Source of the DNA: Hyphochytrium catenoides
Taxonomy: Eukaryota > Protista > Hyphochytriomycota
Reading direction: 5' to 3'
Assembly: GCA_900088475.1 (NCBI GenBank)
Contig: FLMG01002269.1
Coordinates: forward strand, 1 to 45,658
Length of the DNA: 45,658 bases
A model generated the notes under the pieces. It saw nothing but the letters and a program-made list of their open reading frames with translations, was not told the origin of the DNA and searched no databases. This document shows positions 11,711 through 43,277 of this stretch, one piece after another; within the stretch, counting starts at the first letter, position 1, and every line of letters starts with the position of its first letter. Both the position numbers and the translations under genes were made by a program.

Positions 11711-14700
11711 ACGTCGAGCCATCTCTCTCTGACCTCCCTGCCGATGGCCCCTACCGAGTAAGAGCAAAGAGGAACTCGGCAGGGGAGGTTGAAGAGATTC
11801 GGAAGCCTGTCATCAACCCTTTCATTAGCCAGACATGGAAGATGAGCACTTATGAAAAAGCCAAAGTGCGTCCTTCCTCGGCCTGCTACCTTCTCTCACT
11901 CTTTTTATGAGTCCCTTACTGTCAACCCTTCTATTGGCTCACTGTTGGCTCCCCTGTCTTTAGGTTTCCTCGCCTCATCTGACCGTAGACTCTTATTTCA
12001 TTTCCTTACGCACTTCCTGCTCTCTCCACTCAGCCCCTACTCCTGGTAGCCATCGATGTCCTCTGGATGCTCCCTCGCTCTTTCCTTTCCTCACTCACAC
12101 ACCCATCTCTACCTCGCTCTCGCTGACACGCTCTCCTTCGACCGCCGTCTCCGCGCAAGCAGATATCCTTCATGGCCGTGACCCTCTTCCCTTTGAAGTT
12201 CCTGCTCTTCCTGCTGGCGGTCATCACCTGTGGCGTTTGGTGCTCCATCATTACCCGTGGCCAAGATTTCTCTCGGCCGATTCCGCAGGCAGTGAGGAAG
12301 GAGGTGGAGAGAGCAGTGAGAGTAAGCGCTAGGATGGCTCTATTTGCAATGGGATTCTTTCAAATCAGAGTCAAGGGAGAGGTAAGCAGCTTGACGAAGG
12401 GAGTCAACAAAACGAGTTGCGATTCCCTTCAAAGAGATGCAGCCCCATTGAAAATGAGAATGGAGAGAGCGATGCGAACACTATGATAGAAGTGATAGGA
12501 CAAGTCTCTAGGGAAGTCTATGGAGAGAGGAACTGAAGCTCTGGCTCTGAGAATTCAAACAGCGATCGAGTCAACAGCCCAAAGCGACAGGAATTGATAT
12601 CTTACTGCTGCCCTCTTCTTATCTCCGACTCTTCGCTGTGTTCGTTTTACTATATCCCTTGCATAGCGAGCTGGTTCATCTGCTGCCCCAGTCATCGTAT
12701 CCAACCACATATGTGCGGCTGATCCAGTTGTTCTCTTTTACCTCTGCGTCCCTTCGGCAGTTGGAGAGATATCTAACTTGCGGTTAGGAATACCCTTTGA
12801 CTTGACTCTTTTCAGTGCCAAAGTCCTACTCTCAGAAGATGGGAGTCCTTCCTTAGTGTTGGCAAACTACTTTCCAGTTCGCTACTGGAAGGACTGTCAT
12901 TCAGATTCTTGTTTTTCCCTGGAACATCACTTCTCCTCCGACTTTTCCTCAGGAAACCTAGAATTTCTGCTCAATCTACTCTATCTTGCCTCGCCGTAGC
13001 GGCCCCTTTATCCGCGATGTTGTTCGAGCGGTCCAGGCGATCACAATAGATCGAAGGGACCCCGACTCTAGGAAGAAGGTAGCGCAAGCCATCAAGTCTC
13101 GGGCCGTCTCTGGAGGTGAGTGAGCTCTTCCACGGTCCATAGGTATCTATTTCCTACGTTGCGCTGAGCCAGAATGTCGCTCTTTCACCGGCTCGTTTGG
13201 TGGCCCCTGCCTCTCGTATGGACTGTCCCGTCTCATTTCTAGGCTGGCCGCAGACGATAATATTCCCCGAGGCGACAACCACCAACGGAAAAGCCATCAT
13301 CAGCTTTAAGGCTGGAGCTTTCCTGCCCGGAGTTCCGGTGCAGCCCATCGTCCTCAAATATCCGCACCAGCACTTCGACCCCGCCTGGGTACTTGGAGGT
13401 AAGGTCCTGGCGAAACTATGTCCGTCTGATATATCGTGTGACGTTTTCTCTTTTGCTTTCCTTCACCGATACGATACGCACAGAAGTATGACTCTCCTCT
13501 TCTTTTTTCACTACTGGCTGGGGAGAGATGAGAACAACGTGGTGATGTGGGATCATCATTTGGGGTCCTCTCATTCTTCATCTCTCGAAGACACCTAACA
13601 GACACTGTCGCTGTTCTTGCAGGCCCGCCCATCCTTTTCCTCATCTTCAGACTCTTCTGTCAATTCATCAACTTCGTAGAGGTAAGCGTATGACAAGCAG
13701 GAGAGTCTGTTCTTAAGACTATCACCACATGCCGCTATTGTCTTTCAAACCCGTCTCCTGCTTCAAGAAGAAACCTATAAAGGGCCAGAGCTACAAATAG
13801 CGCTATTTTCTCTTGTCTCACTCCTTATAACCTCAGGTCGAGTTTCTGCCTGTATATACCCCTAACGAAGCGGAGAAGAAGGATGCAAATCTTTTCGCCC
13901 AGAATGTACGAGAGAATATGGCGAAAGTCTTAGGTACGTGTAGAACTATATGGGAAGGTGATGAAAAAGAGTGCCGTTCTCATCTTGCGCTCGGTCTCTT
14001 TCGCTGTGCTTCAGGGGCCCAATGCACTGGACACAGCTTCGACGATGTTCTTCTTTCATACGAAGCCAAGAAGGCTGGACTGCCGTACAGCGCTGGGGTG
14101 GTTGAGATGAACAGGGTGCAGTCATTTTTCAAGGTTAACAAGGACACGGTAAGTCCTCTTCATGCAAAAATGTTCCACCCTTTCCTTGGCCAAGAGTGCC
14201 CAGTTGCGTCCGCGACCTCCTGCCCTGCTCATTGCACTTCCATTGGGCTGGAGATTTTGATGTTCTCTACCTCTTGCCATCCCGTCTATTCTGTACCTTT
14301 AGATCACCAAGCATCTAGATAAGTTCGCTCGCTGGGACACCAACAAAGATGGAAAGGTAAGCCGCCTCGTACTGTTCTTCCCAACCCAGTGCTTCATCTT
14401 TCAGACCAGCTGGTCTGCTTGTTTTCCAGTTTGCTTTTTCATGCCTGAGGGGTAGTGGCCGCTTGGAGAAGCATAAGAGGCTTACGTGCCAAAGCCATTG
14501 TCTATAGCTTTGGCAGACTACGTCCCTGACATTCCTCCCCTACGTTTCCGCTCTCTCACCTTCCTACACTCGTCGGTCTTTGCTACCACCAGCGCTCACG
14601 TCTACGTTTCTCTGTAGGTCTCCTTCTCTGAGTTCAAAGCAATGTTTGAGGCTGATTATCACAAGGCAACGAAAGAACAAGAGGAACAACTCCAACACAT

Positions 14701-15433
14701 GTTCAGCTTGCTTGACACAGACGACTCTGGTTTGCTCGACTTCAGGTAAGATGGGCTGGAGGAAAAGATAGATAGCGAAAGAAACAATCCCATGCAACAA
14801 ATGCTGAAGAGCATGCGCAAGGGTAATCGATGGTGAAGATAATACCAGCGAGAGGGAAGGACGTAGACTCTATCCCCTAGGACTCAAACACCGAGCCGCT
14901 ACTAAGCCGTATCTCAACTATAGGGAGTATCTAGTAGGCATGGCGCTCGTGAACGACGACAAGGACGTGAGGGAGGAGATTCTGAGGGCAGGCTTTGACG
15001 CAATTGACAATGATGGCAATGGTAAGCTAGGATGTCCAAGCCCCAGATACCTTCTGTTCTGGCTGCGATTACGATGGCATGAAGCTATGCGAAGCGCTGC
15101 GCGCCGTTCATGTTACTCTGTGCTGCCTAATACTCTCTCGTCAACTCTCTTTCTCTCTTTCAGTTCCATCTCCGAGCCACCCCTCGCACCAATGCTGACG
15201 GTACTGCGGTCCAAAGTGTCTAACGCTTTGTCATGCCTCCAGGATGCCTATCTCCTGAAGAGCTCTTTGGAATGCTTCGGCGTATATTGCCGGGGCTCTC
15301 CGAGGAAGATTTCCGCCAATTCTTCGATCGGGCGGACACTGACAAGAACAATGCTATAGAGTTTCATGAGTTTGTGGCAGCCATTAAGAGCGACCCAGCG
15401 CTCTTCAAAATCTTTAGAGAGGCCTTCCTCTAG
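11711..15433 (+). CDS. Lysophospholipid acyltransferase of the LPCAT1/2 - LPEAT type (PlsC family) with four C-terminal EF-hands; about 12 exons; true start lies upstream and is unresolved
   Basis: Seen: INPF N-terminal motif, a TM segment (MAVTLFPLKFLLFLLAV), catalytic HxxxxD as VSNHICAADP, WPQTIIFPEATTTNGKAIISFKAGAFLPGVPVQPIVLKYP, VEFLPVYTPNEAEKKDANLFAQNVRENMAKVLG, EF loops DTNKDGKVSFSE, DTDDSGLLDFRE, DNDGNGCLSPEE, DTDKNNAIEFHE. No in-phase first exon was identified for the acceptor at 11710. Confidence 0.9.
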
Positions 15434-15786
15434 ACCGAAGAGCGCACTCTTGCTCGTCTGCCTCCGCTGCGATGAGGAAACCAACCAATCCTTCCTTTGA
15501 CAATTTACCTTTCTGACTTTCTCCCATTACTACTCTTCGCCAGCTGCTTTACTGCTCTTCTCCCCCGTGCGAACCGTTTTTGAGGAGGAACCATAGACAT
15601 AGAGCTAATAGATTATATGTAAAGCGGGAGAATGGTGTGAGATGATGCGGACCCGCCTCCTCAATGCTTGGTCTTGGCTTTCACGTCTCAACCATAATTT
15701 TCATTGTCTTCTCACTAGCCCTTCCCCTCTCACACACACCACGCAGCTAAAGGAAGTGATGAACAGACGTTTTACTCTTGACTGTC

Positions 15787-16779
15787 CTACATCTCAACCA
15801 GCACGCATCCCTTGTGATAGGGAAGCTTGTGCTCCTGACAGGCGCGAACCACCTCGTCTGTGTCCGCCCCAGGCTGCAGCCAGACACTGGGAAGACCCAG
15901 GTCAGCTGCTTCTTTGATAACATTGACGCCGATAGCGGGATGGATGACTACATTGACTGCCTCTATCGGGGGCTGGGGAGAGAGACACACATCGCAGAAG
16001 AGGAGATGAGAAAACCGCAAGCCAAGAAAAGATTTGAAGACGAGAAGAGAGTGAGAGTTGAAAGACAAAGAGTGGAGAGAGAGAGGGAGGGAGAAGGGGG
16101 TCGTGGAGATGGAGAGGGAGAGAGAGAAAGTGGACGAGCAACGTCTAGCATAGTGAGGAACAGACAGGCAGAAAGCTCGTAAGAGTGAGGCATAACAGAA
16201 AGAGCGCGCAGTATAACGACAGAGAAGAAGGAGGTTAATAAGGCGATGAAAGAGAGAGCCACCGTAGGCGAAGAAACATACAGATGGGCAGGAGGGAGAG
16301 AGAGACACATAAGAACGTCAAGAGAGCAAGGAAAGAAAGAAAAAAAAGAAGAGGAGAGGACTAAAGGAAGAAAGATAGGCAGAAGCTGCAAAAATAGAGA
16401 GAGGAGGGAGATTAGCGAAGAAGGATAGGACAGCGAGAGAAACATAAGAGACAAAGGCACAGTCCATGGGAGAGTTGCAATACTGCAGAGGGAGAACACA
16501 CAGAAAAGAGAGAGGAAGTTTCTTCTTAAGCTATAGCTAAAGGAGACGTGCATAGCAGCAACCGCGTCCTCCTCTCACCAGTCCTTCGGCAGTAATCTTC
16601 TTCTGAACGTCTGTCAGAGACTTGAAGAGCGTTCCTGAAGCATCTCTCGGGTTCACTTTGTAGACCTGTCGTCCCTTCCCTTCCAGTTTGCTGACGATCC
16701 GACTGGCAGCCTTGGAAGAGTTCAGCACGTCGCCGACCACCGCCCAGACCTTCGCAGACAGCATTGGATTGCCTGACAT
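15787..16779 (-). CDS. Small CoA-binding protein (YccU-like, CoA_binding_2 Rossmann family), 128 aa, 2 exons (16779-16579, 15972-15787)
   Basis: Seen: WAVVGDVLNSSKAASRIVSKLEGKGRQVYKVNP...FKSLTDV | PPIEAVNVVIHP...EAADLGLPSVWLQPGADTDEVVRACQEHKLPYHKGCVLVEM; phase-0 GT-AG intron of 606 nt joins the halves in frame. The AVVG, VNP, WLQPG and terminal C motifs are typical of the family. Confidence 0.88.
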
Positions 16780-17253
16780 GTCTCTCCCTCTCTCTCTCTC
16801 TGTTTCGTCCGCAGGCCTTCTCTCTGTGGAATCAGACGCGGGAGGAGGCTCTCTCTCTCTCTTGCGTCTTGAAGGTTGATTTGGAGCTTGTGCCCTCTCT
16901 CCTCTTCTCCCTCCTTGTCTTCCTCTCTCGTTTGTCTCTCTTCAAGCCCTGACCTGCTCGCGCTTCGCTGACAATGACGCTTTCTCTCTCTGCTCTCTCC
17001 TTTCTCTGTCTCGTTCTTCTAACCTTGGTGTCTCCCTTCTTTGTTGTCTCGTTCTCTTTCTTCTTCCCTTACTCAGGTCAACTCTCTGCTCCCTCTCTCT
17101 CTCTCTCTCTCTTCTCTCTTACTCGAGATCTTCCAAATTGTTCTTCCATCATGTATTCTGACCCCTATAGATAGTTACAGGAGCCTTTGACTAGTATAGT
17201 AAGACCCTTAGAGAGAGAGCTGGTCGGGAAAAGTGAAGAGACATACATATATC

Positions 17254-17322
<69 letters not shown>
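17254..17322 (+). repeat. (CT)n/(GA)n microsatellite between the BEACH gene 3' end and the CoA-binding gene start
   Basis: About 68 nt of near-perfect CT dinucleotide repeat with a few TT interruptions. Confidence 0.93.
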
Positions 17323-17624
17323 GTATGGAAACGAACTGCCTGGTCTCTCTCTTGGGCCACTATTATTGAGCTGGGACGGGGACAGAGAGAGACAGATGTC
17401 GGTGTTCTTTCTCTCTCTTCTCGCCGTCCCTCGCGCTCCAAGTAAACGGCAAATAAGGAAGACGTAGGGGTTGCTATTATATCAGACGGTGATGCTATTG
17501 TACAGCTACGTTGATGGCTCACTCAAGACAGTGCTCTCTCATTCTCTCTTCTCTCTCTTTTTATCTCTCTTCCTCGTTACTAGTCGATCCGCCGTCGGTC
17601 AATCTCCCCTCTGTCTGGGAGGCA

Positions 17625-38625
<21,001 letters not shown>

Positions 38626-39653
38626 GTTAAAAGATTTCTGCTCTCCAGCGGGTGCAGGCACACCTGACAACGTCAAAGGGCACGTGGCACAGACTATGAT
38701 GACGGTGCTATGCCAGGTATCACATAATGAACTACCCGGTTGCGGATGTCAGCTAGAGCCCTAAATGAGGGACAAGATAGGTCCAAAGAGCACGGATGGG
38801 GCGCTTTGACGGGATAGTAGTCACCAAGCAGAAGATCCTGTTGGCCCGTGGTACTATCGCGCATCGGCAGCCTGGTCTCTGAAGGCTGGAAGGTAATATG
38901 CCCGCCTGCAGTTCGCAATGATCGCGGCGGATGACCTGAAATGACCTTCATGAAGGGAAACGCAAACTTTCGGAACGGGGATCCACGGCAACACCACCTT
39001 CCCGCTTCAATTGATCATATCAGATATTAGGTTCATTACTATTCCGGATAGAGGTAGAGCCGTTGGTGGGGCAATAAAATAATCACTAGATGATAACCTT
39101 TTACGACCCATCTGGTTTGTGTCTTTTGTTACAAATATTGTAGGTTTTGATTTATAATACATCAGGGCTAAAACAAACTTAGCTTGGCGAACTCATTTAC
39201 CCCCTATTTATCTTTAGCAGTGGAGCTCAAACACAAAAGCGCTTCTGGAGTTCTTGTGGTGGTATTCCGGATGTCTTGCTGCGCCAACATCTGAGATCTT
39301 CTCGCTTCCTCAGTCATCGTCAAACTTTCACTTCTTGTGAGGAGCTTCCTGGCTTCTGATGGAATGCCTCCGCTCATCGTGGAGCATTATTGCCGACTCT
39401 TAGCTGCATCGAACGGGATTGTCGCCCCATGACTATATTGCCTAGCAGAGAGCATCTTCGTGCAGCAGCTTCTCTTCATCTCGCTTGCTCGTGCTGCCTG
39501 TAGCCCCCGGGACAGACGAGGCTCCAGCAGAATAGTCGAAAGGTCACCTAGGTTTGGTAGCAGACGAGCTCCTTCTTAAAGCTGATACTTGTACTGCGGT
39601 TTGCTGGCAAGCGCTAGTGCATGATAGTGTAGAAGGATTTGGATGCCACTGAA

Positions 39654-42600
39654 ATGGAGCCTGTGGCCTCCAACCTTCAAGACATTCACCCGGACAGACT
39701 GGAGACGCTGTCAGCTCGCACCGAGTCGTCTGTCACCCATCTTCTAACAGACGATGCAACCCGAGATGAATCCCTGCAGGATGACCACATCTCAGCGAAG
39801 GCCTCATCTACTGAAGAAGGGCCAACTCGGCGTCCAATAGCACTTCTTAGTATGGCCGCGAAGAGCATGAAAAGGAAGCTTCATCCTGCGGCGGATATGG
39901 AGCTTGGCGACGAAGGGCAGCAAAACGGGCCGTCCACTCTGCCAGCGGTGACTCTCTTTAACTCTATTCGGAAACAGGTAAATGCTAGAACGCATCGAAG
40001 AGCAAGAAGAGGAAGCGTACCAGAACCCATGAACCTCTGGGACTTTCTTCAACGCTTCAAGCTAGTCTTTTTGGATAGCTCGGGGAACTGGAGTCCGATG
40101 AGGCCCGTACGACTACTATTTGAGAGCAGTTGGGTTCTGCTGATGCTCCTGGGTTTTCTCACGTCCCTGTTGGCCTGGTCAATTGATGTCGCGGTGGAAA
40201 AGCTATTCTTTCTCCATGACTTCCTCGCAACAAAGGCCTCTTCCTCTCTTATGTCGTGCGCTGTATGGCTTGTAGTCCGAGTGCTTTATCTCTTGGTAGC
40301 TGTCGGGATAGCTCATTTCCTCTTACCTGGGATGACGGGCTCCGGGATACCAGAAGTCCGCAGTGTCCTTGATGGGTTCCCCATAAAGGGTTTCCTTTCT
40401 CGGAAAGCGCTTATAGGGAAAGTGTTGGGGCTAACCTTTGCTCTGGGCAGTGGTTTACCTATTGGGAAGGAAGGTAAGGAGCAATATTAGCTGATGTGTA
40501 ACCCGGCGCAGGGGAATTCTGTTCAGAGTCTCTTACTGAACTATCCTTTTGTTTACCTCTGCTCTCTCTGCAGGACCATTTGTCCATTTGGGCTGCATAG
40601 TTGCCACCCAGATGAGCAAGTGGCGCATCTTCTTGCAGATAACACGATGTCCTGAGCTCCTCCAGCACATCCTTACCTCAGCCTGCGTGGTTGGCGTCAC
40701 AGCGACGTATGGCGCCCCTGTGGGGGGTGTGCTCTTTAGCATTGAAGTCACACGGAGCTTTTATATGACAACCAACTACTGGAGGGCATTTTTTTGCTCT
40801 GTTTGTGGCTTTCTGATGTTTCATCAGCTGAGGAAGTTCAACTCCTCACCGAACACGGTGTCCCTTGTCACCACCCACTTCTCTCCCCTGCCCTTCTCGC
40901 CTTATGAGCTTCCTGCCTTCCTTCTACTGTCCATCCTGTGCGGATTGCTGTCAGGAATATTCGTCCATACATATATGACGTTTGTTAGGGTTAAGAGGCG
41001 GTACCAGGGGCACTGGCTTGTCAAGAACGTCTACCTTTGGGGAGTTCTCGTAGCTCTCGTGACTGGGTTAGTAGAGTATCCATGGGGCCCATTCATGAGG
41101 ACTACCATGAACCGCAGTGTAAGTTCTTATTTTTCCGATAGTAAACCAAGGGAAGGGTAAGCATGAAAAGGGAGAAAGGACGGCCCTCCAATGACACAGT
41201 GGAGAAGCTGAAGAGAAAAGGCGAAGAAAGACCGGAATGTGACCAGTTTAGGAATGAAGCGCAAGTCAGTCTAATGCGCTGTCTCTTTGCCCTACGTCCA
41301 GATTCAGGATTTATTTGCCTCATCGTCTCTTGGCGACAAGGATAGCGAAGAGTTGATAAAAGCTGGATGGACGAAGCCTTCCTTGGCACTGAACCTTGCC
41401 GCTTTCTGCGGCCTCAGATTCATTTCGGTAGGTGTTATTAATGGGCCTTAGCGAACTGATAGGAAGCTAAACAGCCTCTCCCTCTTTCCTGCCGTCAAGA
41501 CTGCGGCCTGTGGAAGTCTGAGCATTACCGCTGGCGTAGTTACTCCCGTCTTTGCTATCGGTGCAGGGCTGGGTCGCTTCTTTGGTGAGATAGTCTCACT
41601 TTTGACTGGAAACAGCTCACTAGCGGGCGGATACGCTGTAGTAGGTGCTGCTTCCTTCACCGCTGGAGTGACAGGATCAGTATCTGTGGCTGTGATTGTC
41701 TTTGAGATGACCAGCCAGCTGTCCTACTCCATCCCAGTGCTGCTGGCGGTCATAGTGGGCAGGGGGACCTCTTTGCTAATCTCCTCAAACATCTATGATT
41801 CTCTTGCTGGAGAGCTCTCTCTCCCATCCTGGCCTGCTATGTGGCGGCAGCACTCGTTCTCCCTTTATGCTACGGATCTGATGCGGTCAGAGTCCGGCTG
41901 CATGGTGCCGAGAAGTATTGACAGGCCATCTCTTCGGCTTCTACTCTCCTCATACTCGGATACAAACATCTTTCCCGTAGTTGAGTCACTGACGGCACCT
42001 ATCTATTTGGGCGCCGTGGCTCGATATGACCTACAGGTACCTTTTCGTCTCTTTCGCTTTCTCTCATCTCTTCTCCGATCCTAGTCTGTTGTCCCCGTTA
42101 TTCTTTAATGTGCGAGGTCTTCAGCTTCATTTGCCATCTATTGTTTGATTAGTCTCTTCGTGCAGTCCTTCCGTCTAGTTTGCGGGTCATTGCCATTCAG
42201 AAGCTAGATTAATTTAGGTCTTTCTTCTAAGAATCCCCCTCTTTCATATGCTACCATCACTGATAGGGTTTGCTGGATATATGGGACCTTTGTGTTCGGC
42301 ACACGCCTCCTTCCTCAATCCCTACCTTTGGGGGAGCTAGAGCGCCCACAATCGGGGCTGTACCTACCGCTGCAGAAGGGCCTTCGGACGAGGAGCTGGA
42401 GTCAGGAGTTCTCCCTGGGTCTTCTCCTCTTTCGTCCGGTCAGCCAATGGTCGATCATGCGCTGAGAAACCTTAGCCCGGAACAGCGAAGAGTTTTAGCC
42501 TTAGATGAAGAGATGGATATCTTCGGCCTCAACCTTTTGCAGATGGATGCGGTGGCCTTCCATGTCAGCAAAAACACACTCCTATCGCGGGTCGTGTTTC

Positions 42601-42692
42601 TCTTTGCAGCTCACAAACAGGACCGCGTCTTCATAACAAGCAATGGAAAGCTGCTGGGGTTCGTTGATGCAGCGGATTGTCACAATCTGTAA
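39654..42692 (+). CDS. CLC-family chloride channel (ClC-1/ClC-2-like) with two CBS domains; about 5 exons; 5' end uncertain
   Basis: Seen: GSGIPE, GKEG|PFVH (intron 40474-40573), GAPVGGVLFSIEVT, NYWRAFF, GVVTPVFAIGAGLGRFFGE, GYAVVGAASFTAGVT, VIVFEMTSQL, NIYDS, CBS1 (ATDLMRS...FPVVES...LGAVAR) and CBS2 (VFITSNGKLLGFV). Confidence 0.93.
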
Positions 42693-42900
42693 CTTCTTAA
42701 TAACCTGAACTGGACTAGCCAGTGTGTTATGTCCAGGACCGACCTTACTCTATTTATGTCACCGCACTAATGCCATGCTTCTGCCTCCCAGATAACGCTC
42801 ACCGTGCACTGGTGGCTCCCTGTGCACCACCTTCAGTTGCTCTCTCGCAACCTCACTGTTGGCCTTGTGATTTTATAGAGATGTAAAGGGAAATGGACGT

Positions 42901-42906
42901 AATAAA
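42901..42906 (+). promoter_or_regulatory. Candidate polyadenylation signal AATAAA for the CLC gene
   Basis: Hexamer about 210 nt downstream of the stop codon; whether this organism uses AATAAA is not known from the window. Confidence 0.25.
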
Positions 42907-43277
42907 TCATCATGATTGTCTGCCTTCTTATCTCGCTTGGACGACCAATAGCTCGTTACCGGCTAACACATGCAGCCTTAGGCTAATATCCTAGCCGGTA
43001 GCGGCTAGCTGTGAACAGAAACAAAGATCTCCCTCTGTCAGGTTTTGTCCTTTCGTCCTCAGCCCAGTCCGTGCTGCCAATGCTAAGAGTTCTTAGGACT
43101 AGGAAAACAGACAAAGAGTAGCGTTCTTTGGGCTGTCAGGATAAGGGGATCACTAGCATCAACACCATCGAAGAGGAGCCGACAGGGCATGCATGCTGTC
43201 AGACGGCCCTTTGGTGCGTGTGGGACAAGCGAAGAGTCAGAGCATAGGTCAATGTGTTGAAGGTTTTGCCGTGGTGA

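Noticed and set aside
15963-17522. Hydrophobic membrane-like ORFs 15963..16553 (-), 16974..17174 (+) and the RERERE ORF 17208..17522 (-)
   Set aside because: Low-complexity repeat translations in an intron or intergenic tract.
38694-38951. 85-aa ATG-initiated minus-strand ORF upstream of the BEACH gene
   Set aside because: No recognisable motif or in-frame splice link; may be chance or a uORF.
39000-39240. AT-rich stretch with a small stem (ctagatg/catctgg) as a snoRNA or tRNA
   Set aside because: No convincing C/D or H/ACA boxes and no cloverleaf; more likely promoter DNA.
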